DNA of 64,000 bases, from contig CAWGMQ010000007.1 of the NCBI GenBank assembly GCA_963823665.1, forward strand, positions 384,001-448,000, given 5' to 3'. Below, one piece after another: positions 11,574 through 21,410 of this stretch. The stretch's first letter is position 1. Each line of letters begins with the position of its first letter. The DNA comes from an uncultured Planctomycetota bacterium. GTDB taxonomy: Bacteria; Planctomycetota; Planctomycetia; Isosphaerales; Isosphaeraceae. The notes under the pieces were generated by a model, which made no database searches, was not told the origin of the DNA, and saw only the letters and a list, made by a program, of their open reading frames with translations. Both the position numbers and the translations under genes were made by a program.

Positions 11574-11749
11574 CGAACTTCACCCTCCTTGAAACCCGCA
11601 CCGACGGCAAAGTTTGCGCTCCGGCCGCCGCGAGAAAAGTAGCGGGCGTGAGTCACCCGAGCCTTTCCGATTAACGGCATTGCGACGCCGCGACATGAGC
11701 AGCAAGTTGACGCATGTCGCGGCGGCAGCCGCCGCAATCCGCACACGTC

Positions 11750-14700
11750 TTACACGTGGCGCGTTTTATGGCGCGAGCGCGCGGTGAGATGCAAAGTGGG
11801 TATCGCAGAGTGTCCCGTGCTCGTGATCCGCACATTGACGTACTCTCGCTTCAAGCCGTTGCCGGCCAGGTCGGTGATCTGGCCGAGAGCAACCTTCGCG
11901 TGCGCATGATTTTTCGGAAGATGATTGAACTGAAGAGTCACCGTGACCGGGTCGCTGGGTACGACCGTCGCGTTCGGCACGATTATCACGCTCGTGGGAT
12001 GAATTCGAGCCCGGTGCGGACCCACGAGTGCGTAATTCAAGGGATTCGCAATGGTGGCGAGATCCAATCCACTCAAGTTGTCCTTGAAAGTGATGGCGAT
12101 CTGGTTCGTGTTCGAGGAGCCAGACGTCGCGACGACCGTTGGCGGCACGGTATCGATGATCACATTACCGGGCGTGAGCAGAACCATCGGCGACGGCGGG
12201 CCGTTTGTCGGAATCTGCGCTACTGAAAAAGTGTAGGCACCGTCCGGCAGCGCTCCGACGGCAAAGTTCCACGCGCCCAGATAGTTGGCGACAGCCTGGC
12301 CGAGCAGAACGGGCTGCGCCTGGTTCACCCCGCGCGAGTAGAACTGAATGACCGCATACGGCGTCGCCGTTCCGAAGAATGACGGATAGTTGATCGCGGT
12401 GACGCCATCGGTATCGGAGACGCCGGTGTCGCTGAGCGGATCGAGCTCGCCGCCAAGCGTGGCTGTAGCGCTCACGACGATTCCCGTGCTGCTGGCCGTT
12501 GCGGTTGCGCCGTCCGAGTTTCGCACGATCGTCACGAGAATCATCTCGCCGCTACTTGCTGCGCCGAAGAAAGTTGTTCCAACGACGCTAAATCCTCCCG
12601 TCGCGTTGGCAACGATTGTGCCCACCGAGCTTTGTCCGTTGCCCCACGAGATCGAAGCGTGGTAGTCACCGGGAACGGTACCAGGAGTCGCATCCGAGAA
12701 GATAGCGACCGTGCCCGTGAAGGTCTGGCCGGCAGTCGCGACGATCGTCGTTCCGGTAGCAGCAATCGAAGGCGCGACGACCACAGCGGTGCTTGTCGCG
12801 GTCGCCGACTGGTTATCGATCAACCGCGTGATTGTGACAGTAATCGATTGCGTACCCGTAGCGGCGTATGTGTTGGTCCCGAGGATGTTATACCCGCCGG
12901 TTCCGTTGGGCTCGACGGTCCCAACCGAAGTGTGCCCGTCGCCCCATGCGACCACTGCCGTATAGCCGCTTGCGGTCAGGCCGGGATAGGTGTCTGTGAA
13001 CGTTGCGACCACGCCGGTGAACGGCTGGCCCGCGACCGGCGTGATCGTCGTTCCGGTCGCCGTGATTGCAGGCGCGACAACGACAGCGGTTGTCGTCGCG
13101 GTCGCCGATTGGTTGTTGGTGAGCCGTGTGATGGTTACGGTGACGGAATCCGTGCCGGTGGCGGCGTAGGTGTTTGTGCCGGTGACGTTGAACCCGCCGG
13201 TCGCGTTCGGCGCGATGATTCCGATCGAGGTGTGGCCGTCACCCCACGCAATGGTCGCCGAGTAATCGCTCGCCGGCAGGCCTGTCATACTATCGGTGAA
13301 CGTTGCAACCAGGCCAGTGAAAAGCTGCCCCGCGATCGGCGTGATCGTCGAGCCTGTCGCCGTGATTGTGGGCGCGACGACAACAGCGGTTGTCGTCGCG
13401 GTCGCAGATTGATTGTTGGTGAGCCGTGTGACGGTTACGGTGACCGAATCCGTACCGGTGGCGGCGTAGGTGTTTGTGCCGGTGACGTTGAACCCGCCGG
13501 TCGCGTTCGGCGCGATGGTTCCGATCGAGGTGTGGCCGTCACCCCACACAATGGTCGCCGAATAATCGCTCGCCGGCAGGCCTGTCAGACTATCGGTGAA
13601 CGTTGCAACGAGGCCAGTGAACGGCTGGCCCGCGATCGGCGTGATCGTCGTGCCGGTCGCCGTGATTGCAGACGCGACGACAACAGCGGTTGTCGTCGCC
13701 GTCGTCGATTGATTGTTGGTGAGCCGTGTGACGGTTACGGTGACGGAATCCGTACCGGTGGAGGCGTAGGTGTTTGTACCGGTGACGTTAAACCCGCCGG
13801 TACCGTTCGACGCGATGGTGCCGGCCGACGTGTGGCCGTCACCCCACGCAACGGTCGCCGAGTAATCGCTCGCTGGCAGGCCTGTCAGATTATCGGTGAA
13901 CGATGCAACCAGGCCGGTGAACTGCTGGCCAGCGATTGGCGTGATCGTCGTACCGGTCGCCGTGATTGCGGGCGCGACGACAACAGCGGTTGTCGTCGCG
14001 GTGGCCGATTGATTGTTGCTGAGGCGTGTGATGGTTACGGTGACCGAATCGGTACCGGTGGCGGCGTAGGTGTTTGTGCCGGTGACGTTGAACCCGCCGG
14101 TCCCGTTCGACGCGATGGTTCCGACCGACGTGTGGCCGTCACCCCACGCAACGGTCGCCGAGTAATCGCTCGCCGGCAGGCCTGTCATACTATCGGTAAA
14201 CGATGCAATCACGCCCGTGAATGGCTGACCGGCGATCGGCGTGATCGTCGTACCGGTCGCCGTGATCGCGGGCGCGACGACAACTGCATTCGTCGTCGCG
14301 GTTGCCGACTGATTATCGATCAGTCGCGTGATCGTCACTGCCACCGACTGTGTTCCTGCGGTGGCATAAGTATTCGTGCCGGTCACATTGAAGCCGCCGC
14401 TTCCATTGGGCGCAATGGACCCGATCGTGGTATGGCCATCACCCCATGCGACGGTTGCCGCATAACTGGACGCGCTCAGGCCTGGGTAAGGATCGGTGAA
14501 CGACGCAACAACGCCGGTGAACGGCTGTCCGGCAACCGGTGTGATCGTTGTCCCCGTCGCAAGCAGCATGACCGGGTTGATGGTGGCCTGGCCCTGGCCG
14601 GAGGCAGTGCTTCCATCTGTGCCGCTGACCGTGACGTTCACAGGATACGTGCCGTTGACCGCATAGGTATTGGTGCCGTCGACGGCGAAGTTGGTACCGT

Positions 14701-14968
14701 CCATCACGACTGTGCCGGCAGTCGTATGGCCATCGCCCCACGAGATCACCGCTGTCGGGCTGCTTCCCTGTACGTCCGAGCTCAAAAACGTGGCAATCTG
14801 ACCGGTGACCGGGAAGCCTTCGGACCCAGACACAGGCCCGACGCTCACGGCGAGCAACTCGCGCATCTCGAGCTGCTCGACTTGCTCTCGCCGCGCGCGA
14901 TCGCGTCTCCGTCGTTTGGATTCCCACCCTTGCCCGCGCCGCCGCGAAACATTCCATTGCGAGAACAT
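11750..14968 (-). CDS. Large surface protein with eight PKD-like (WGDG) repeats and a C-terminal bacterial Ig-like domain
   Basis: RRRR...EQLEMRELLA N-terminal motif; seven WGDG plus one WGNG units; SDTGVSDTDGVT..PSFFGTATP and IDTVPP Ig-like motifs. Confidence 0.9.
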   Translation of the reverse strand: MFSQWNVSRRRGQGWESKRRRRDRARREQVEQLEMRELLAVSVGPVSGSEGFPVTGQIATFLSSDVQGSSPTAVISWGDGHTTAGTVVMDGTNFAVDGTNTYAVNGTYPVNVTVSGTDGSTASGQGQATINPVMLLATGTTITPVAGQPFTGVVASFTDPYPGLSASSYAATVAWGDGHTTIGSIAPNGSGGFNVTGTNTYATAGTQSVAVTITRLIDNQSATATTNAVVVAPAITATGTTITPIAGQPFTGVIASFTDSMTGLPASDYSATVAWGDGHTSVGTIASNGTGGFNVTGTNTYAATGTDSVTVTITRLSNNQSATATTTAVVVAPAITATGTTITPIAGQQFTGLVASFTDNLTGLPASDYSATVAWGDGHTSAGTIASNGTGGFNVTGTNTYASTGTDSVTVTVTRLTNNQSTTATTTAVVVASAITATGTTITPIAGQPFTGLVATFTDSLTGLPASDYSATIVWGDGHTSIGTIAPNATGGFNVTGTNTYAATGTDSVTVTVTRLTNNQSATATTTAVVVAPTITATGSTITPIAGQLFTGLVATFTDSMTGLPASDYSATIAWGDGHTSIGIIAPNATGGFNVTGTNTYAATGTDSVTVTITRLTNNQSATATTTAVVVAPAITATGTTITPVAGQPFTGVVATFTDTYPGLTASGYTAVVAWGDGHTSVGTVEPNGTGGYNILGTNTYAATGTQSITVTITRLIDNQSATATSTAVVVAPSIAATGTTIVATAGQTFTGTVAIFSDATPGTVPGDYHASISWGNGQSSVGTIVANATGGFSVVGTTFFGAASSGEMILVTIVRNSDGATATASSTGIVVSATATLGGELDPLSDTGVSDTDGVTAINYPSFFGTATPYAVIQFYSRGVNQAQPVLLGQAVANYLGAWNFAVGALPDGAYTFSVAQIPTNGPPSPMVLLTPGNVIIDTVPPTVVATSGSSNTNQIAITFKDNLSGLDLATIANPLNYALVGPHRARIHPTSVIIVPNATVVPSDPVTVTLQFNHLPKNHAHAKVALGQITDLAGNGLKREYVNVRITSTGHSAIPTLHLTARSRHKTRHV
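12720..14600 (-). repeat. Intragenic tandem repeat, period 300 bp (100 aa)
   Basis: GTGATCGTCG-like anchor recurs at 12741, 13041, 13341, 13641, 13941, 14241, 14541. Confidence 0.95.
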
Positions 14969-15271
14969 GGTTTCGGCACTCTCTTTTAATTCGATTTGGG
15001 CCCGACGTCGTCGAGTAACTGAAGGCGATCGCCTGATCGCTTACGAAGATTCCCTACTGTTCCGCCCGGTCTGCCCGCAACCGTGATATGATGAATCGCC
15101 AAGAAGTGCGGCCTGTAGCGGTCGTCGGGACAGGCGAGTTGTTCGACATCCCTGTCCTGTTTCTCAGAGAGGATACCACATGAACCGGGTCGAGGCGCTG
15201 TGAGGGGCGGCGGTTTGTGTGCCGGTGAACCGCGAGGGGGGGAGAGGCTTGCCGGGAGACACGCCTTGGCA

Positions 15272-18200
15272 TCAGGGCGCTTCGGTGGGATTGCCCGGGG
15301 CGGCTCCTGGTGGCGACGCGCGCCGCAGCGCGGCGCGCAGTGAGGCTTGGCGCAGCGGCTCGCTCAGCGCCGGGTCGCTCCGGAGAGCCTCCACGACCCC
15401 GGCCGGGTCGTTCTTCTGCCGCCATACCGCGTCCACCAGCCGTTCGGCCTCGGGCCGCAGGGCCTGGGCCTCGTGGTGCGCCTGGTAACGCGCCCGCGGC
15501 GGCGCCGTGTCCCACAGGCGGACCGTGCGGTCACCGGAACCGGACGCCAGCGTTGTGCCATCGGGGCTGAAGGCCAGCGACCAGACGTAGTTCGTGTGCC
15601 CTTGCAGCCTGGCCACCTCCGCGCCTCGCGCCAGGTCCCAGAGCCAGACCGCCCGGTCGCGGCCGGCCGAGGCCAGGCGCGTGCCGTCGGGGTGAAAAGC
15701 GACTGCGAAGACGTCGTCGGTGTGCCCTCGAAGCACCTGGCAGGCGCCCCCTTCGATCTGCCACACGCGAACGGTTTGGTCCGAACCGCACGAGGCGAGG
15801 CGGCGGCTGTCCAGACTGAACGTCACGGCGCGGACCCGCCCATCGTGCCCGGGGAACTGGGCCGACGGCTGGTACGTGTGGGCGTCGAACAGGCAGAGGG
15901 TCTTGTCGTTGGTGCTGACGCCGGCCAGCCAGCGGCCATCCGGGCTAAAAGCGAGCGCCTTGGTGTCGTGCCTGCCGGACAGGCGGAGGCGGGCAACCAC
16001 CGCGCCGGTCGCGGCGCCGAACACGGTCATGCCACCGGAGCCGTCGAGGGCAGCCAGGGTCGCCCCATCCGGGTGGAACGCCACGGCGAGGATGTTGGGC
16101 GCGGGCAATCGGAACTCCTGCACGCGCCGGCCCGTGGCCACCTCCCAGACCTGAAGCCGGTCCTGCCGCGCGGACACCACGCGGGAGCTATCCGGGCTAA
16201 AGGCCAGCGTCTTCACGAGATCGCCGTTGTCCAGGATCGCACAGGCCTCGCCGGTGCGGGCGTCCCAGAGGCGTAGCCTCTTGTCCCAGTCGCCGGAGGC
16301 GATCCAGCGGCCGTCGGGGCTATAGGCCACCGGGTAGACGTAGCTCCCATGGCCGCGGAGCACGGGCAGGGTCGCCCGCGGATCAACGTCCCAGACCCGG
16401 ATCGTGCCATCCACCGCCTCGCCGACCAGACGCGTCGGGTGACTGACGGACGCCAGCCGGAGGCCGCCCGGCGCGAACGCCAACCCGGCCACGGGCCCAG
16501 TGTGCCCGTGCAGGACCGCGACATCCTGTCGACCCGTCGCCTGCCACACGCGGACCGTTCGGTCGGTGCCCGCCGAGGCGACCCATCGCCCGTCCGGGCT
16601 GTACACGGCTGCGGTGACGTCGCCTGAGTGGCGGTCGTAAGGCGGCTCGACCTCCCGGCCCGTGGCGACGGCCCACTGGCGCACCGTCCCGTCGGAGGAG
16701 GTCGACACCAGGCGCGTGCCGTCCGGGCTGAACGAGACGCCCAGGACCTTGTTCGCGTGCCCCCGACACGTGGCGAGCAGAGACCCGGTGGCCGCATCCC
16801 AGATGGTCGCCGTCCCGTCCTCGTGGCCCGAGCTCAAGAGCTTGCCGTCCGGGCTGAACGCCCACGACCAGAGTTCGCTGTCGGGGCCTTTGCAGGACGC
16901 CGTCTGCTTGCCGGACACCGCGTCGTACACGACAACCCCGTGCCAGCCGTTGCCAATGTTTTCCGCAGCCAAACGGATTCCGTCGGGGCTCACGATCACC
17001 CACCTCGGCCCGCCGCCCCAAGGGTGGTCCACCCGAGCGAGGCTTCGGCCGTTCTCGTCCAGCAGGCAAAAGGTCCGGCTATCGACCCACACTGCGACCC
17101 GAAGTCCGAGGCGCGTCTGAGTGGCGCCCCCCCACGCAATCATTCGGGCGGGGAGCGGCACGTGCGCTGGTTCCCCACCTTCCAGGTCCGTGAGGCTCAG
17201 CCCGGCGCCGCTTGCGATCCCGACCCGTAGGTGATCGGAGGCGGGAAGCAGGAGCCCGCTTGCCCTCGCGGGCAGCGGGATGACCGAGGTGCTCAAGTCG
17301 AGCCGGCTACGCAAGTGCTGCCATTCCCAGCCGCGCAGTGCCTGCGGGGCCTCGTCGAGCTGCCGCGCGGCGTCGACCACGTCGTGCGCCGAAATCGCCA
17401 TGGCCGCGGCCGCCAGCCGGGCGCGGTACAACTGGAACAGGGCCTCACCCTTCTCGGCGTTCGCCTGTCGCTCGTTGGCCTTCGCCAGGTCCCGTTGCTC
17501 GTTCGCTTCCAACCATTTCCAGGCCACACCCGCCATTCCACCGAAGAACGACGTCGTCAAGAGGCCGAGCAATAGCGCGACCAGTGGCCGACGCCGGCAC
17601 GCGCGAGCCAACCGTGCGCCCGACCCCACTGGCCGCGCCGCGACTTGCATGCCCTCGCGAAAGCGCTGCAGGTCTTCGGCCAGCGCCAGGGCGCTGGGAT
17701 AACGACGGTTAGGCTCCTTCTGCAGGCAGTGCAGCGTGATCGCTTCCAGGTTGCGCGGCAGGCGCGGCTGCAAGCGGCGCGGGCGTAGCGGCTCGTCGGA
17801 CGTCACCGCGCGCAGCACTTCGAGCGCGCTGTCTCCCTGAAACGGCATTTGCCCGGTGATGAGCTGGTAGAGAATCACCCCCAAGGCGTGGATGTCGGCC
17901 GCCGGCCCCACCACGGCGCGCCGTTCGCTGCCGCCGGCCTGCTCGGGGGCCATGTATCCCGGCGTGCCGACCAGGATGCCGCTCTGCGTGAGCGTCAAAC
18001 TGCCCTCAGTCCCCTGGGCGAGTCCGAAGTCGGTGATCTTGGGAACGATGAGGGGAGACAGATGCGGGATGAATTCCGTGCCGGCCGAGATTCCTTCGAC
18101 CTTCATTCTTGCGCGCTCATCCTGCTGGAGAAGGATGTTCGCCGGTTTCAGGTCGCGGTGCACGACTCCTTCGGTGTGCGCCACGTGAATGGCACGGGCG

Positions 18201-18850
18201 AGAGTCTCGATGAGCGAAGCTGCCTCGAGCGGCGACCATGGATCGCCATCGAGTCGGTTCGCGAGGCTGCCGCCATCGACCCACTCGAGGGCAAGGAACG
18301 GCCGGCCTTCGAAGCTGCCGATCTCGTAGACCTGCACGATGTTCGGATGCTGCACCCGCGCCGCCAGCTCCGCCTCGAGCCGGAACCGCACTTCCTGGGC
18401 TGGGGACGCGAACTCGCCCGACAGCACCATTTTCACGGCCGCAAGCCTTTGGAGGCCCCGGTGCCGCGCCTTGTACACCACACCCATGCCTCCACGTCCC
18501 GCCTCGGCCAGGATGTCGTAGTCCCCGATCTGCTTGGGCGCGGGACGAATGACACTCTCTTCCGGACCTGTTCGTGGCACGGCTGCCCAGGCAGAATGCC
18601 CGCGGCGCAGCGCGCCCACCGCCGACCGACGCTGGGCGCTCTTGACCAGCGTCTCTTCACCTTCGGCAGCGCCTTGTTGGAGCCGCGCCAGCAGGGGATC
18701 GGTGGCGGCCGTCTGATCGAGGCGGCGGCAACACTCGGCACAGTCGCCGAGGTGAGCAGACACACGAGCCAGCTCGGCCTCCGTGAGCCGACCAAGGGAC
18801 AGCGCACGCAGCTCGTCGGAAGTTGGGTGTTTCGACGGGTCTTCGGACAT
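15272..18850 (-). CDS. Ser/Thr protein kinase with N-terminal anti-sigma-type zinc finger, one TM helix and C-terminal WD40 repeats
   Basis: HLGDCAEC (Hx3Cx2C); GRGGMGVVY, HRDLKPANIL, DFG, GTPGYMAPE; TM LVALLLGLLTTSFFGGMAGVAW; many GH...FSPDG...WD repeats; ATG at 18850. Confidence 0.95.
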   Translation of the reverse strand: MSEDPSKHPTSDELRALSLGRLTEAELARVSAHLGDCAECCRRLDQTAATDPLLARLQQGAAEGEETLVKSAQRRSAVGALRRGHSAWAAVPRTGPEESVIRPAPKQIGDYDILAEAGRGGMGVVYKARHRGLQRLAAVKMVLSGEFASPAQEVRFRLEAELAARVQHPNIVQVYEIGSFEGRPFLALEWVDGGSLANRLDGDPWSPLEAASLIETLARAIHVAHTEGVVHRDLKPANILLQQDERARMKVEGISAGTEFIPHLSPLIVPKITDFGLAQGTEGSLTLTQSGILVGTPGYMAPEQAGGSERRAVVGPAADIHALGVILYQLITGQMPFQGDSALEVLRAVTSDEPLRPRRLQPRLPRNLEAITLHCLQKEPNRRYPSALALAEDLQRFREGMQVAARPVGSGARLARACRRRPLVALLLGLLTTSFFGGMAGVAWKWLEANEQRDLAKANERQANAEKGEALFQLYRARLAAAAMAISAHDVVDAARQLDEAPQALRGWEWQHLRSRLDLSTSVIPLPARASGLLLPASDHLRVGIASGAGLSLTDLEGGEPAHVPLPARMIAWGGATQTRLGLRVAVWVDSRTFCLLDENGRSLARVDHPWGGGPRWVIVSPDGIRLAAENIGNGWHGVVVYDAVSGKQTASCKGPDSELWSWAFSPDGKLLSSGHEDGTATIWDAATGSLLATCRGHANKVLGVSFSPDGTRLVSTSSDGTVRQWAVATGREVEPPYDRHSGDVTAAVYSPDGRWVASAGTDRTVRVWQATGRQDVAVLHGHTGPVAGLAFAPGGLRLASVSHPTRLVGEAVDGTIRVWDVDPRATLPVLRGHGSYVYPVAYSPDGRWIASGDWDKRLRLWDARTGEACAILDNGDLVKTLAFSPDSSRVVSARQDRLQVWEVATGRRVQEFRLPAPNILAVAFHPDGATLAALDGSGGMTVFGAATGAVVARLRLSGRHDTKALAFSPDGRWLAGVSTNDKTLCLFDAHTYQPSAQFPGHDGRVRAVTFSLDSRRLASCGSDQTVRVWQIEGGACQVLRGHTDDVFAVAFHPDGTRLASAGRDRAVWLWDLARGAEVARLQGHTNYVWSLAFSPDGTTLASGSGDRTVRLWDTAPPRARYQAHHEAQALRPEAERLVDAVWRQKNDPAGVVEALRSDPALSEPLRQASLRAALRRASPPGAAPGNPTEAP

Positions 18851-18906
18851 GGGAAGCCTGCGCGGGGTTGATCGGACGAACAAGAGACGGCCGGGATTCT
18901 CTTTAT

Positions 18907-18937
18907 AGAACCGTCGCCGAACCGAGAACCTGACACG
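18907..18937 (-). promoter_or_regulatory. Putative ECF promoter upstream of the kinase gene
   Basis: CGTGTCAGGTTCTC-N13-TTCT; second copy at 19589-19619 on +. Confidence 0.55.
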
Positions 18938-18943
18938 TCTCAC

Positions 18944-19525
18944 TCAGTCGATGAGCCCCTCCGCCTCCTGGCGGATGCGCTGGAGGACGCGCGACTTGGC
19001 CACGTAGACGGCAGCCACAGACATCCCCAGCTCCGCGGCCACTTCGGCACCGTTGGCCTCTTCGAGGGCCAGTCGCCGAAAGGCCCGCAGCGTGGGCGGT
19101 TCGAACTCCGCTTCGATCAGGTCCAGCAGGCAGCGGATTATGTAGCGGTCGTGTTCCTGGTCCCACTGGCGGTTCAGCTCGCTGTCGGGGTCCGCGATCT
19201 GCTGGAGGGCCGCCGTGGCGCCGCTGCCACCGCTGGCCTGGGTGCTCGCGCCGGTGGCCCGCCAGTAATTGCTCGTGCGGCTGCAGACGATGGTGCGCAG
19301 CCACGAGCGAAACGCGCCTCGGTGACCAGAGTGTTCGAAGGTGGGGAGGTGCTTGACCACGTTCAAAAGAACGTCCTGGCTGAGGTCCTCCAGATCGGCC
19401 GCCGGCACACCCTGGCGGTTGAGCCAGCCGATGATCAGGGGACGATAGAGGTCCGTCAGATCCCTCCACGCATCCGCTTCGCCGGACTGAGCGCGGAAGA
19501 GCAGGCTTTGCCGGGTCTCGTTCAT
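18944..19525 (-). CDS. ECF sigma-70 factor (kinase-associated planctomycete type)
   Basis: TRQSLL, LYRPLI, DLEDLSQDV, GAFRSWLRTI, AEVAAELGMSVAAVYVAKSRVLQRIR. Confidence 0.95.
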   Translation of the reverse strand: MNETRQSLLFRAQSGEADAWRDLTDLYRPLIIGWLNRQGVPAADLEDLSQDVLLNVVKHLPTFEHSGHRGAFRSWLRTIVCSRTSNYWRATGASTQASGGSGATAALQQIADPDSELNRQWDQEHDRYIIRCLLDLIEAEFEPPTLRAFRRLALEEANGAEVAAELGMSVAAVYVAKSRVLQRIRQEAEGLID

Positions 19526-19588
19526 GACCCAATTTTACCGTCGACGCGGCGGGAGAGCTTCACACTTTCTGTCGTTTCTCGACCGATT

Positions 19589-19619
19589 CGTGTAAGGTTT
19601 TCCGCCGCCGGTTGTTTCT
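19589..19619 (+). promoter_or_regulatory. Putative ECF promoter facing the beta-helix gene cluster
   Basis: CGTGTAAGGTTTTC-N13-TTCT; same motif and spacing as 18907-18937. Confidence 0.55.
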
Positions 19620-19951
19620 TATCCCCGTCGGCGATCGTGTGAACGCGACAACGCTGACTTGCCTGGCCCGCCTTCAAATGCTCTTCCGCTAGAGTGTGGG
19701 CCACTGGATTCGACCCGTCGCGGGCGCGTCGGGTCGAGAAACTTTTTTATCTGACGATTCTGCGGACCGAGCAAGAATCGGTTCTGCCGAGTCGCTGCGC
19801 AGACGGGCCCGCGCCGTTCGCGTAGACGAACCGCTCTGGCGCAGCTTGGTTTCCGCGCCGTTTCGGCGTGCGTCTCCAGGTTTGCGAAAAGCCGCGCCAG
19901 CCGTCACTTCCGTCTGACAACTCTTTTTCCATGACTCGGAGGAGCACCATT

Positions 19952-21286
19952 ATGTTTCGCTTCGGAGCCTTCTACAAACGGTGGAACCAACGACCCGACG
20001 CGGCCCGAGGCCGGCTGCGGCTGCGGCCGGGATTGATGGCACTGGAGGGCCGCACGCTGCTCTCGACCTTCACGGTCAACAGCACGGCCGACAACGGCAG
20101 CACAGGCACACTGCGGTGGGCTGTCGACCAGGCGAACTCGAGCGATCAGGCGAGCACGATCGTTTTCTCGAGCCAGTTCAACACGCCGCAAAAGATTACC
20201 TTGACCGGCGGCCCGCTGGTCCTCAGCAATCCGGCGACAACCACGATCACCGGGCCGGGAGAAAACGTGCTGACGATCAGCGGCAAGAACGCCACGCGCG
20301 TGTTTGCCATCACCCCCGGTTCGGCGGCGGCGCTGTCGGGACTGACCATCACCGGCGGCAAAGTGAACGGCAACGGCGGTGGCATACGAAACGACGGCGG
20401 CACCCTGGCGCTTGACGACATGGTCCTGCGCGGCAACTCCGCCCGCGTCGGCGGCGGCCTGTTCAACAATGGCAGCGCGACGCTGACCGACGTCATTGCC
20501 CGCGGCAACCACGCCCGCACCGGCGGTGGCATTTTCAACAATGGCAGCGCGACGCTGACCGATGTGGTCACGCGCGGCAACTCGGCCCTTGTGGGTTCTG
20601 GCGTCTTCAGCGCACGAACAGCGACCCTCACCCGGAGCGGCCTCTCGAGTGAAGCGTCCACGAAGACGATCCTGAGCGATAACTTCACCAAGAATGTGAC
20701 CGGAGGAGTACCCACGAACTGGGCAGCCTTACCCGCTCCTTTCGCCGGTACGTACTCCGAGAGTTCTGGCAATGTCACGATCACCGTGGGCAACTCGAGC
20801 GTGGGTGACGCGGGAATCCTATCGGGCCTCCCGTCTTCGGCCTTCGCCCCTCTGAATGTGGTGACGACGATCCAGGCGCAAATCAACAACGTCAACCAGG
20901 CCGGCAACGCCGTCTTCGGACTGATCGGCCTGTCGTCCTCAGGGACTCAAACGGGCTACCTGGCGGCGGGAATCGACGCCCAAGGCAATGTTGTCATCGT
21001 CGAGCAGGAAGCAGGCATCTCCCAGATCGTGGCCACCAAGAAGGACGCAAGCTACAAGGGGGGCTCGATCGAGATGACTTTCGTCATCAGCTCGGCGGGT
21101 GTGGAGGTGAAGGCTCCTGGCTACGATTCCGGCGTGCTGTCCTTCAAGAGTCTGAGCAATTTCTCACTGACGACTGCATTCGGATTTGAGGCGATTCCGG
21201 CGCTCGTCGCAGCGAATCAGCCGAAAGCGACGAACGGCGCGGCGAGCTTTGGGTCGATCAACGTCTCCACGACGCCGCTCGGCTGA
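19952..21286 (+). CDS. Exported right-handed beta-helix (Pmp-like GGG..N repeat) protein with uncharacterised C-terminal beta domain (paralogue 1)
   Basis: GGAGGAG SD; RLRLRPGLMALEGRTLLS motif; GTLRWAV (CSLREA-like); GGGLFNNG repeats. Confidence 0.85.
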   Translation: MFRFGAFYKRWNQRPDAARGRLRLRPGLMALEGRTLLSTFTVNSTADNGSTGTLRWAVDQANSSDQASTIVFSSQFNTPQKITLTGGPLVLSNPATTTITGPGENVLTISGKNATRVFAITPGSAAALSGLTITGGKVNGNGGGIRNDGGTLALDDMVLRGNSARVGGGLFNNGSATLTDVIARGNHARTGGGIFNNGSATLTDVVTRGNSALVGSGVFSARTATLTRSGLSSEASTKTILSDNFTKNVTGGVPTNWAALPAPFAGTYSESSGNVTITVGNSSVGDAGILSGLPSSAFAPLNVVTTIQAQINNVNQAGNAVFGLIGLSSSGTQTGYLAAGIDAQGNVVIVEQEAGISQIVATKKDASYKGGSIEMTFVISSAGVEVKAPGYDSGVLSFKSLSNFSLTTAFGFEAIPALVAANQPKATNGAASFGSINVSTTPLG

Positions 21287-21410
21287 CCTAGGGCTGCGGT
21301 CGGGCCGACTAGCGGTGGCGGCATACGAGACGACGACGGGACGCTCGCCGTTCTTCACGTCGTCTCAGGCGCCGCCGTGGCGGCCTGTTTAATTCACAAG
21401 AGAATATATC

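Noticed and set aside
12720..14600. Regular repeats as a CRISPR array
   Set aside because: In-frame 300-bp coding repeats without unique spacers; no cas genes
12632..14989. 785-aa plus-strand ORF (and similar long antisense ORFs such as 23412-25631, 47036-48466, 49407-50951)
   Set aside because: Shadow ORFs opposite well-supported genes in high-GC DNA; Arg-rich with no motifs
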